A stretch of 20,000 nucleotides of DNA. Origin: Vicugna vicugna. Taxonomy: Eukaryota. The translations under genes and the position numbers were made by a program. Shown here one piece after another: positions 1 through 10,599 of the stretch. The DNA is taken from assembly GCA_013265495.1 (NCBI GenBank), contig MU061547.1:183081-203080 (forward strand), given 5' to 3'. Under the pieces are notes generated by a model. The model was given only the letters and a program-made list of their open reading frames with translations, was not told where the DNA came from and searched no databases. Positions within the stretch are counted from its first letter, which is position 1. Every line of letters begins with the position of its first letter.

Positions 1-984
1 GCACAAGCTGGGGGCAGTCGTCCGTTCCAGGCCGGAGGATGAACTGGGGCCAGTGGGAAGGGGTTGGACATGGGTTGATGGCTAGTGACAGAGCCAGGCC
101 TGGACCTGGGTGGCCCCACTCCTGGGTGAGGTGGGCTCCCTCCTGTCGCACGTGCCCTACACTGTGTTTCCAGGGTCTGTTTTGGGGCCTGGAAAGTCGG
201 CGGGGGGCGGGGAGGGGGTGTCCCTGGGCAGACAGGCCTCTTGCCAGTTCTCCCTGGCCTTTGCCGGAAGACCCTTCCCGTGGAAGGTTGGGGAAGGGAG
301 GAGGCGGAGGAACAGAGGCCTGGAGAAGTGAAACTGCAGGACAGGACTGGGAGTGTGTGGGGGCCGTAAGAGCAGGAGGTGGGAGGTCAGGAGACAAGGA
401 GGTGAGAAGAGAAAGGGGGTGCGGATGAGAGATGGCACAGGTGCGTGGGGAAGGAGAAAGGGTGGTACTTTTGGGGTGAGGTGTGTGTGTGGGAAGGGTG
501 AGGCTGTGGGCTGACTGAGAGCTCCTTGGAGGCCCCCCCAGTGGGTCTGTTTTCCCCGCTTCTTTTTTTAAGCTGGGACCTCAGCCCTGCTGGCTACACC
601 CATTTCCAGGCCAGTGAGTGCTAGTGTTCAGCACGTGTCTGAGTCAGATGCATCCTCACCCCCTTACCCATCCTGCAACAAAGCGTGAATGAGGCAGCCA
701 GGGCAGTGTGGGAGGGAGCCCCCACCCCATGACCAGCCTGTGGGCGTCTGGTCTGCATATGCTCAGGGAGCAGGCCTCACCTTCCTGCTTCCCTCCTGTT
801 CTACCCTGGACGCCCTGCTCGGGAAAGGCTGTCAGGGAAGTGCCTGCACCCAAACCAGGTATTTTTGTAAACTGTTAAGTGACTGCGTGGGGTGGTGCAG
901 AGAACCAGCACAAGGGTGAGTGGGGAAGAGGTTATGGGTGGGGTAGCCGGGCAGGCGTCTGAGGCGCTGGCTTCCCTGTCGCAG

Positions 985-1107
985 GTACATCCCCTTCTTC
1001 CTCATCCTCTTCATGTACTTCAGCGGCTGCTTCACTCCCACCAAAGCTGAGAGCTCAATGCCAGGGGCAGCCCTGCTCCTGGTGGTGCCCAGTGGCCTGT
1101 ACTACTG
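985..1107 (+). CDS. CLN6: CLN6 penultimate coding exon (exon 6), ER transmembrane protein
   Basis: Acceptor ctgtcgcAG at 983-984 and donor GTgagt at 1108. The 123 nt translate as (W)[40 protein letters not shown](W), recognisable as CLN6. Phase 2 at both ends, matching the next exon. Confidence 0.96.
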
Positions 1108-1371
1108 GTGAGTGGACCTCGGGCCTGGGCTGGGGGAGGGTGGGGGCCCTCAGAGAGCTAGCTACGGAAAATGTGCTCTTAACCCCCGTGTGACCCCAGG
1201 TCAGACTCTCCCTCCTGGGGTCCCTGTGTCGTCCTCTTCTAGTGGGGACTGTGACAGTGCCTTGTGGTGGCTGCTCTGTTGCCAAGAAGCCAGGCTTGAG
1301 TATGGCCTCTCCACACTCTGAGTGCTACCTTGGGGCCAGTAGACTCCAACACCACACGCTGTAGAGCCCTG

Positions 1372-1445
1372 GGGGCCTCAGTTTCCTCCTCTGTGAAATG
1401 GGGATAATACCTGCCTGTCTCGCTCTTGGGATATGGTGAGAATCC
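1372..1445 (+). repeat. MIR SINE core fragment
   Basis: gcctcagtttcctcctctgtgaaatggggataatacct matches the MIR core. Confidence 0.75.
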
Positions 1446-1924
1446 AGGGGAGAGAAAGGGGCTTCATAAACTTCAGGGCAGATAAGGGGGGAATGTCAGA
1501 GCCTCAGGGGCTGCCCGCCTGGTTGCTTTTCCCTCCAGCTCTCTCTTCCCACTCCAGAGGACCCAGGCCTCAGCCAGCCTCTTCCTCAGTCACTTCTGCT
1601 CCAGATCCAGGCTCCCCTGGGGATTGTGGGTGTCCTAGAAAGGGCTGAGTCCTTCTCCGGTGGGAAGCTTCCAGCAAAATAAAAAGGGGCCTGCTCCAGC
1701 CCACCTCCAGGGGCTGCTGCTGGCCGGCCGAGGGGGTCCACCAGGGCGAATCTATAGGCCCGCTGAGAACAGGGTTAGAAGGAATGGGTAGCAGCTACAG
1801 CTGGAGGGAAAGAGGTGAGACGTGGCCTGTTCTTACCCATGGCCTGTGGGTGCAGTGATAGCTTTTCCAAGTACATAGTTCTTGTCAGTAACCTTGAGAG
1901 ATAGGGCCATGTATGTATGCCCCC

Positions 1925-2000
1925 TTTATGAGTAGGAAAACAGAGGCTCCGTGATGTCATGTGAATTCCCCACGGAGACACAGCCGCTAAGTTGCAGAGC
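1925..2000 (-). repeat. MIR SINE fragment
   Basis: aggaaaacagaggctccgtgatgtcatgtgaattccccacggagacacagc resembles the reverse MIR core. Confidence 0.55.
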
Positions 2001-2174
2001 GATGTGGCTCCTTGAGTGGGATGGGTCAGCACTGAGGTTCTCTCTAGAAACCGGGGAATAGACCAGATGTGTGCTAGGTAGGTACTGCCTTAGATACCAC
2101 AGGGAACCCTGGGAGATCTCAGAATTTGTCCCAGCCTTCAAGGAGACAGTAATGACAACCCTCATAAATTGAAA

Positions 2175-2500
2175 CTGCATTCCCAAACTCAAAACCCATT
2201 AGGGACCAAGATGGTAGCAAATGCATCAAGCAGGCATCAAGTGAGGCAGTAGGGAAAGGTGGGGACTGTGGCTAGCTGCGGAACAGTCCTCTCTCTCAGG
2301 GGAGCAGCTGCTTTCTCCTCTGATCAGTTACTGTGATGTGGGAATATAAGCCTAGTGTGAGCAGGGGAGCCAGAAATCCACATTTGCAGGTAATCTGTTA
2401 TTTAAATATCGGCAACAAACTCAATGTTTGAAGAAAAAATAGTAACTGTACAAGCCCAATCAACGTGCTGCTTACAGGCCATGGCTCAGAGGAATGTGGT
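2175..2500 (+). mobile_element. MER102-like hAT-Charlie DNA transposon fossil
   Basis: caaactcaaa...ggtggggactgtggc...gtgggaatataagcctagtgt...agccagaaatcc...tttaaatatcggcaac follow the recalled MER102 consensus in order. Boundaries are approximate. Confidence 0.65.
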
Positions 2501-2537
2501 CCCCCGAGCCTCTGGCTCCATGTGCTGTTCTGACTGA

Positions 2538-2894
<357 letters not shown>

Positions 2895-3877
2895 GTCCCG
2901 GGCACCAGCCACCCGGTGTGCTCTGCCTGCCGGGGAGATGGACCGCGGAGGGCATCGCTGCAAGATGCAATTATTCTGGTCAAATCTCTGTTGGGTTGGG
3001 CTTTTTCCAGGATGGGATTTAGTCTGAGGCAGTGTGTCCAGGCCGAGACAAGTTCCTGCCTTCCTGTACATCTTACTGCAGTCGGGCCCTCTCACTCTGC
3101 TTAGGGCTGGTCTCTTCCTAGGGTGCTTCTGGCTCACTCTGCAGACCCACCCTGACCCTGGAGGCCACATTACACAGGTTACATGAACTTTCTGTGCATT
3201 ACTGAGCAAAACACATCCTTCCTCTAGGCCTCATTTGCACCAGATGGGCCCACAGGCCCCAAGTAGGTCAGTGGGCTGGTTTGCAGCCTCGTCTTGGGGC
3301 ACCTCAGGCTGCTTGGGGTAGTGGGCCAGCCAACCCTGGGGGCCAGAGACCCGTCCTCCCCCCGCACTATGCCTGATCTCGGGGTCTGGCTGTGGTAGCC
3401 CTCCAGCTACCGCCTCCTGGAAGCTCTGCCCCCCCCCCCGATTCATGGCATCCCCTTACCATCAGCCTGACCACAGGTTTTTGAGCGGCAGCTGAAGGCC
3501 AAGTTCTCATGCACTTGGACTATTCCCTGAGCCCCTCAGTAGGGGCAGGGGGCGTCTTGAGGTTCTCTTCAGTCAGCCCTGCCTCAGCCTAAATGTCATG
3601 CCTTCTGCCAGCTGCCCTGCTCCCATAACAGGGAGGCCTCATTCCCAGCAGGATACCCCTGCCCCACGCCTGCCCCCAGGTCTCATCCAGCTGCAGGGAC
3701 CACAGCCTCACTTCACCCAGCACTAGCCCATGGCTCTCCGGGGGGGGGGCCTGCCTCGCCCTCCCCAGGCCCTGTCTCCTCTCCAGTGTTACTCAGGGAG
3801 CCCTGTGCCTCAGATTCCCCTCCTATGTGCAGGTCCCCCCGCTCCAGGTCAGTCCCCATCAGGTGGTGAGAGGTGTG

Positions 3878-3883
3878 AATAAA
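3878..3883 (+). terminator. CLN6: Probable CLN6 polyadenylation signal (3' UTR ~2895-3905)
   Basis: First AATAAA I find downstream of the stop, about 1 kb away, followed by G/T-rich sequence. Use as a poly(A) site is inferred. Confidence 0.6.
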
Positions 3884-5095
3884 GACAGTGTGAAGCCAAG
3901 CCTGGCCGGCTGCTGCTGCCGCCTTTGGGTATGAATTTGGGAGGTGGGAAGCGGGAGGTCCTGGGAGCAGGGGAGGGAGTGGCTTGTCTGGGGCCCTGGG
4001 CCGACCCCGGGGGCCGCTCAGCCCCACCTGGCTGGGAGCAGATGCTGCCAGTGCCCACTGCCCCTCCATGCCACTTGGTAGGACCCCAAGGTGGGAGTGA
4101 GCCCCCCAGAAGGGCCGCCTCGGTCATTCCCAGCTCTCTTCAGGGGGGTCTGGGGGCTGTGCGGGTGGGCTGCATTAGAGAGGAGACGCTTGCACCTTCA
4201 TATGCCATGCTGTGGTGAGAAAAACATCTGAGAAAAGCAACTTTGTTTCCCAGAGTTCCTGGGCAGGGGCTCTGATAACCCTTCTCTCCCTGAGTCCTGA
4301 CCTTTAGAATAAGGACCTGAGTTTATGATTCCTGCTGTATAAATCCCCGGTTTGCTCCACCCCGCCCCCCCGGGACCTTTTCACATAACCACTTCGAGTT
4401 TAAACCCATGAAAAGTTGGTGCCCTCGGTCCCCGCCACCTTATGAGTAACAGGTGCTTGCTGCCCTGTGTGCTCTGGACCTGGGGCAGAGGACTGCCCTT
4501 CCCCCAGCTCACGGCGCCCCCTGGCTTCTGGGACCTGAAATGATCAATCTTGTGACTACTTCCTTTGTGCGGATGTGCCCTCAGTCAAAACCCTGTGGGT
4601 TTCACTTTCCCAAAGCGGGAGCTGGATGACGGGGGCGCTGCCTGCCGCCCCTGCGTGGCTGGCTCATGCCCCCTCAATCAGCACGTCACAGTCTGCATAT
4701 TCAATACACCAACTCTGGCGTCTCAGCACACAAGGGCCCCCACCTGCCCAGCAACCTCCTTTGACTCCTTCCCTCCCTCGAGGACACTGCTCTTCCAAAC
4801 CCTGTCCTGGGCCTGTTCTCCGCAGAAGGGCTTAATGGCTATCTTCTGAGCAGGCACAGACCTGGTTATGTGGGTCTGAAGTGCGTACGATTTGAGGGGC
4901 ACTTGACAAGAAAACAGTAAAAACATATATCTATATGAAAGTGAGTATTTTGAATGGAAAAAAAATCAGCAAACTGTTGGGGACTTGGAGATTCATGTCC
5001 CTCTTGACCAAGATCTCTGGGCAATTTACTAGGAACACTTTCCTAGAAATAATTCGTAATTACAACCTGGCTTCACTCCACTTAGAAAACTAAGT

Positions 5096-5190
5096 TAGTG
5101 GTTCTCAAAGTGCGGCCCTAACTGGCAAAATGTGGATGGCAGAAGGAAATGCAAATTCTTGCCCCCTTCCACCTCCTGAATCAGAAACTC
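5096..5190 (+). mobile_element. MER5A-like DNA transposon fragment
   Basis: tagtggttctcaaagtg ... gaaatgcaaattct ... cctgaatcagaaactct are MER5A-type motifs. Confidence 0.65.
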
Positions 5191-5248
5191 TGTACACTGG
5201 AAAGTAACACAACATTGTACAGCAACTATGCTTCAATTAAAAAAAAAA
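5191..5248 (+). mobile_element. Very short L1 3'-tail insertion into the MER5A copy
   Basis: tgtacactggaaagtaacacaacattgtacagcaactatgcttcaatt plus poly(A) is similar to the L1 3' end at 8417-8470 of this window. aaact flanks both sides (possible TSD). Confidence 0.7.
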
Positions 5249-5540
5249 CTAGTGATGGGGACCTGCAGGTGAACAAAATCTCGGCCCCCAAGTGGGAGGG
5301 CCAACTGTTCCTCATGGTGCACTGAAGTGTGGCATACACGGGACACAGTAAAGCGTACAGTTTGATGTTTTGTGTAGTGAACCCTCATGTAGTCACCACC
5401 CCATGCAGGTGTTCTTGATCATATGCACGCCATTCCTTGGAGGCTCCTAAAAACCGAAAAAAGGAGTTGGCAAGGGTGTGTCAGTTTGGTTGCCTTTGGG
5501 GGCACACAGCCCCAACCCCAGCACACACTGACCTAAATCT

Positions 5541-5877
5541 AAACCGAGTCCCTGCTTTATTCACATGACTATCCAATCCTCTTAATCTTAGGACTTGGTC
5601 AGTAACTCCCTGCGTGCCTGCCCCTCCCCAGCCGCTGGTTTCCCTGGTAACTGATAAGCCAGCCTGATAACAATTCTGAATAGCAAAAACTGCTGCTATG
5701 TCCTGTGTGCCAACCGCCATGCACGGTGGGGTGTCTCTCCAGGATGTTGCTTCGGACATGTAAGACTCCCCTACCCAACACATTGTTGACATCTCTGTCA
5801 CTGTCTCAGGGGCTATTTCTTCGGCCTCAAGGTGGGGCAATTACAGGGCTCACAGGCCTGTGGGATGCAGCCCAACA
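5541..5877 (+). repeat. 5' LTR (5' end lost or diverged)
   Basis: Homologous to 9071-9486: ttcacatgact...atcctcttaatc at 5560 vs 9156, ggtggggtgtc in both, and ends gcagcccaaCA vs gcagcctgaCA. About 80% identity by eye in the best block. Homology is not visible upstream of ~5541. Confidence 0.85.
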
Positions 5878-5879
5878 AC

Positions 5880-5897
5880 TGGAGAGCCAACCAGGAA
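5880..5897 (+). promoter_or_regulatory. Primer-binding site, tRNA-Arg(ACG)-like
   Basis: TGGAGAGCCAACCAGGAA lies 2 nt after the LTR terminal CA. It matches 15/18 positions of TGGCGAGCCAGCCAGGAG, the complement of the recalled tRNA-Arg(ACG) 3' end. Confidence 0.75.
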
Positions 5898-5940
5898 GCC
5901 ATGGAAACTCCCCTGAGCGCCAAGATGTCAGGGAACAAGG

Positions 5941-6340
5941 ATGGGGAATGGAAGGTTGCAGGGGAATTCGGGGTGGCCGCGCAGTCGCGTGTGGGGCCCT
6001 GTGGTGACTGTCCTTGATGAATGGGGGCCACCAAGAGACTACAGAGAATCCATAGACAGCCCGGGTGTTGTGGAGGAGTTGGGTGCCATTACTGGGGGTA
6101 AAAGGAAGCCAGACGGTGAGGCAGCGGCGGCAGCCGTGGGCCTCCTGCTGGCACAGTGGAAGGGGAGGTAGCTTCCCCAACAGAGAGGCTGGAGAGTCGT
6201 GGCGCATCCACATAGGAACCCCAAGGTGTGGGACCCTACCGACAGCACTGAGAAAGAAGAGGTAGAAGATGGGGAGAAGGTCCTAGCGGACCCTGTCTCA
6301 CAGGATACAGATGAAGAGCAGCTCCCTCGCCCAGTGCAGA
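5941..6340 (+). pseudogene. ERV gag N-terminal remnant
   Basis: Position just after the PBS. VWGPVVTVLDEWGPP...DSPGVVEELG...AAAVGLLL resembles the recalled HERV-S-like Gag N-terminus. Stops and frameshifts are present. Confidence 0.55.
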
Positions 6341-6344
6341 GGCA

Positions 6345-7882
6345 GCTAACCACTGTGAGTCTCTCTCTTCCATCATGTTGATGGTACTCTGTTAACCTCA
6401 GAGTCGCTTTCCAGTTTAAAAGCAGTAGCCCCGGTGGTATCCTCTGTGGCTCGTGGCTCATCTGGCTGCACAGGGATGGCTGGTAAATGCAGACAAAACA
6501 CAAGGGCCCGGATTATCTGTCAAATACTTGGGTGTTATCTTGTTGGATAAGACAAAAGTGGTGTCCTCAGCAGTGACCGGCAAAATACAAGCTACCCCCG
6601 ACCCACCACCCCTAAACGATTACAAACATGTCTAGGGCTTTTGGACTATTGGAAGCCTTTTATCCTGCATCTGGTCCAGCCAAACTTTGCAAGCTTTGTA
6701 CAGCTTTGGAAAGAAGCAGGGTACCAGGATTGGGCATGGAGAGTAAGACGCCTTCACCCAAGCCAAGGTGGCTGTTAAGCAGAGTCAGGCGTCAGGGATA
6801 CTGACTCAGGGACAGGCTTGTACATTGGACGTGGCTAGTTACCTGGAAGCGTTAGGCTGGGGACTGTGGCATTGGCAAAATAACAAGTAGCTTTGGGCTT
6901 CCAGTCCCAATTATGGAAGGGGACAGATTAACAATATAGTGTGATGGAACAAGAGCTATGTGCAATCTACGATGCTTTACGGCAGGTGAAAGACATTACC
7001 AAAGGCAGCCTGGTGACTGTATGTGCTCAGTATCCCATAGCTGGATACTTTCTGGAAGGCCTAGTCCAGGCACGCACAAGTCCAGCCGTAGCTAAGTGGC
7101 ATGCCTGTTTAAGTCAACGTAGCACTTTATCTATTAGCTCCTTGAGTGCAGAGTTACACACTGTCTTAAGCCCGGTTACCTACACCGCTGGGGGCCCCAC
7201 CAGCCTGACGGAGACGCTGATCCTCCTGAAACCATCTTCAGTGGAAGAAGGCCGAGGCCCCACCCCTTGGAGGCACGGTGCACAGATGCGTCTGCGCGGG
7301 ATAGTCCATGCGTGTGGACCCCAGAGGGCACCCAGCCTGTGATGGACAGTATCCTAGTGGATGTAGTGGAAAGCCCCACATTGTGTGGTGACAGGGCGCC
7401 CCCTATGGGGAGAGGACACTGATAGCTCCCAAGGAACCCATTTGACCGTCCACAAAGTTCAGGAATGAGCCGGTAAAAATGGCAGACACTGGCATTTCCA
7501 CATGCCCTCCAACCCCATCGCTGCCAGGCTAGTCAATAGGATGAATGGGCTACTTAACCAACAAGTGGGATGGGAAACCTGCTCTCCCCACGTGTGAGCG
7601 AGGAAGCTAACTCAAGCCCTGTGAGCTGTGACTCGACATCCCAAAGCAATCGTCCCAGTGCGTCATTGCCATGTTAACCTAGAGACAACTAGTCCACCCC
7701 ACAGTTCAACTGTCAACCACTGAAGGACCGTTGCCAACTGTCAGTCAGGACAATAACCTACTTTTGCCCCCAGAGCCACCCCCAGGGGAACACATTATAA
7801 ACGGCCCTGGAGTTGGCAAGTAAGTCCCCAGTGGTTTGGGTTTGCCGCCTGGTGGGGAATAGGATTAGAAAGAGACTTTAGA
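6345..7882 (+). pseudogene. ERV pol remnant (RT C-half, RNase H, integrase core)
   Basis: FHHVDGTLLTSES at 6368 (decayed YxDD), AHLAAQGWLVNADKTQGPGLSVKYLGVI (class III RT), MEQELCAIYDALRQV (RNase H/tether), and WHFHMPSNPIAARLVNRMNGLL at 7490 (integrase). Multiple frameshifts. Confidence 0.85.
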
Positions 7883-8482
7883 CCATAATTCAAAAAGACA
7901 CCTGCACCCCAATGTTCATAGCAGCACTATTTACAATACCCAAGACATGGAAACAAACTAAATGTCCCTCGACAGATGACTGGATAAATATGTGGTATAT
8001 TTATACAACAGAATACTATTCAGCCATAAAAAATGATAACATAATGCCATTTGCAGCAACATGGATGGCCCTGGAGAATGTCATTCTAATTGAAGTAAGC
8101 CAGAAAGAGAAAGAAAAATACCATATGATATCACTCATATGTGGAATCAAAAAATAAAAAAGACAAATGAACTTAAATATAAAACAGAAACAGACTCAGA
8201 CATAGAACAGAAACTTGTGGTTGCCAGGGGTGAGGGGGGTGGGAAGGGACAGACTGGGAGTTCGAGATTTGTAGATACTGACAGAGATATATATAGAACA
8301 GATAAACAAGTTTGTACTGTATAGCACAGGGAAATACATTCAAGATCTTGTGGTAGCTCATGGTGAAAAAGAATATGAAAATGAATGTATATTCATGTAT
8401 GACTGAAGCATTGTGCTGTACACCAGAAATTAACACAACATTGTAAACTGACTATACCTCAATAAAAAAAAAAGAAAAAGAA
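7883..8482 (+). mobile_element. 5'-truncated L1 (ORF2 C-terminus, 3' UTR, poly-A) inserted in the ERV
   Basis: MFIAALFTIPKTWKQTKCPSTDDWI...YYSAIK...FAATWM is the L1 ORF2 C-terminus. AATAAA and an A-rich tail start at 8461. TSD aaagagactt(t)aga at 7869-7882 and 8483-8495. Confidence 0.95.
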
Positions 8483-8741
8483 AAAGAGACTTAGAGATTT
8501 CACCTGTCTTCTACCCGGCCCCACTGAAGACCACTAAGTTAATTAATCCAGGTCCCCCACTGGAGAACAGCAGTGTCCCCTCCTCTCCTGCCCCAGCACC
8601 AGCTATGGGGACCCAGGGTGGACAGGTGGACAAACCACAGGCAGGGGTGGTGTCAACTCAGAACGCCGTTACTGCTCGTATTTTGCTTAATGGTCATGAT
8701 CTCCATTAAACATCTTATATTGCGTCCCTAATCTGAGGGGA

Positions 8742-8990
8742 GGGAATCTGTCTGTGGGCTGGGCAGCAATGATGACCTCACTGGGAAATGAGTCTGCCTG
8801 CTGGGTCTGCAGTGAGATGTCCGTGTCGTCCTCCTCTGGACTGCCATGAAAAATTGACCCGATAAGCGCTCGATTCCAAAACTTGCCCACATCTTGGTGA
8901 GTTACTATCTTCAGCATTACTCAGTGTCTCAGTGTTGAGCCCTTTAGCTGCTGTTGTCCGTGCTGCGTGTGTGGCATTTGGTTGCCACGC
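8742..8990 (+). pseudogene. env remnant (SU CWVC region joined to a Cys-rich TM C-terminus)
   Basis: 8742-8849 reads GNLSVGWAAMMTSLGNESACWVCSEMSVSSSSGLP* (the TGA probably derives from TGG). 8943-8987 reads FSCCCPCCVCGIWLP. Both lie between the end of pol and the 3' LTR. Confidence 0.65.
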
Positions 8991-9070
8991 GCCTCTGCAC
9001 ACCCGACCCCAGGAATGTCCCAGGAGGGGCAGACCAAGGTTGTGAGGGTCGCACACACATCAGGCTGGCG

Positions 9071-9486
9071 TGTAGGGTCAGGCCACTCAAGATGGCTGTG
9101 CTCTTGCTCTCTGTCCATCCCCTGCTCAACCAGTCCCTGCCTCACCTGTACCCTGTTCACATGACTAATCCATCCTCTTAATCATAGGGTTTAATCAGTA
9201 ACTACCTAGTGCTTGCCCCTGCCCCAGCCTTTGGTTTCCTTGGTAACCAATGAGCCACCCTGACGTCACCTCCCCCATGTAAACGGTAGCCTCCCTCTCC
9301 CTGGAGGAATGGAAACTGCTTCTGCGGTCCTGCCTGCCGTCTGCCCAGCAGGGTGGGGTGTCCCTCTAGGACTTTGCTTCAAGCGTGTAAGATTTAACTG
9401 TCCAATAAACTGGTATCTGGGTCTGGGCTCTTCAGTCTCGAGGGCCAGCAACTACAAGACCTGCAGGCGAGCAGTGCAGCCTGACA
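9071..9486 (+). repeat. 3' LTR (416 bp, TG...CA)
   Basis: Starts TGTAGGG after a decayed PPT (caggctggcg) and ends CTGACA. Contains CCAAT 9247-9251, TGACGTCA 9261-9268 and AATAAA 9404-9409. Homologous to 5541-5877. Possibly of the MER54/MER73/MER74-type LTR group (unverified). Confidence 0.88.
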
Positions 9487-9834
9487 GTCCTGTCTCCCCC
9501 ATGCGCCCCTTTGCAAACGCTGGGTGATTCCAAATGAGCGCTTTGGCCTGGCCGCTCCAGGCGCCCCTGCCAAGCATCAGCTCTGTGTCTCTATCCTTCC
9601 AAGGCCCCCCGCCCCCGACATTCCCTCATCTCTTCTCTCTTCAAGGCTGTTAAGGGGAAGTGCCCCTTCTCTCCGGCCCACAACTCGCCTTTCGTCAGAA
9701 TCCTCCGAGGTGGCGAGGGTAGGAGGGAGACTAGACCAAGGAGGGCCCCACCCATGCATCCTGAGCAAATTAGCAACAGGTCCCTCCTCTGCACACGTGC
9801 AGCTCCTTTCCAGGACCCACTCATCCCTGGAGCC

Positions 9835-9884
9835 GGGAGCCCTGGTGCAGTGCACCACCTGTGCAGCCGTCCATGCCGGTCCTG
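9835..9884 (-). repeat. MER91-like DNA transposon fragment
   Basis: gccctggtgcagtgcaccacctgtgcagcc...ggtcctg resembles the reverse of the recalled MER91 terminus. The match is short. Confidence 0.4.
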
Positions 9885-10599
9885 ACAAAGTGTGCGGACC
9901 CTGGAGTCAGAGCCCCCTCAGGCAGGGCAGCCACTGGCCGGCTTTGGACAAGGGATACAACAGGTATCTGGGAGACCAAGGGGGAGACCCAGCTGTGCCC
10001 AGTGCAGCAGCTCCAGGGAACCGCCCCATCCTGCCTTCACTTCCTCAGTTCGTGTGGGGAGGGGCGGGCGGCACAAACCGCTGAGGAAATGAAGAGTCAG
10101 CAGAAGGGGTGGGGGCTGCAGTGGGGAGAGGAGGGGAAGGAAGGAAGGAAAGGGGGAGTCCAACTGGCCAGGAAAGTTGCCAGAGAGGCCTCCCTCTGCG
10201 CCCCCTGGGTAGCCCGTGGTGGGGCGGGAGACCCCAACGCGGGCACCTCCCCCACCCCCTGCCCCCGAGGGAGGGAACTGGCCATTTGACTCTCAACAGC
10301 CCTGGGATGAGGCCCAGCGAGGACACTGAGGCACAGAACAGTGAAATGACGCACCAAGGTCACTTAGCGAACAGGCCGAGAGCACCAGGGCCTGGGTCCC
10401 TCCTGCTCACGGCATCCCCAGGCTCTGGCGGTGGAGGCGGCTGTTGCTGGGTTGTGCCATCATGGCGGGGTTTCCTTCCACTTACAAGATGGTGTGTGAT
10501 GGGCCTTGAGCAAGGCAGTGTGCAGTGCCCGGCACCTGGGAGGAGCTTGTCCGCCCCCAACTCAGTCCCAGGAGAGAGAGAGAGGAAAGATCCCCCACC

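Larger units (their letters stand above)
5541..9486 (+). mobile_element. Degenerate, internally deleted class III (HERV-S/ERV-L-related) endogenous retrovirus
   Basis: Two direct-repeat LTRs, a PBS, and gag, RT, RNase H, integrase and env remnants in canonical order (see sub-features). Confidence 0.9.

Noticed and set aside
290..500. Purine/G-rich tract in CLN6 intron 5
   Set aside because: Low-complexity sequence with no periodicity or supportable function.
5470..5545. TG start and TSD for the 5' LTR
   Set aside because: The TG at 5477/5479 is at roughly the expected distance, but the following sequence does not match the start of the 3' LTR and the 3' flank (gtcct) is not duplicated. The boundary is left unresolved.
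7912..8157. 81-aa ORF as an independent gene
   Set aside because: It is the C-terminus of L1 ORF2 in a truncated insertion.
5941..8990. Domesticated (intact) retroviral gene such as a syncytin or gag-derived gene
   Set aside because: All gag, pol and env pieces carry stops, frameshifts or large deletions, and the RT catalytic motif has decayed to HVDG.
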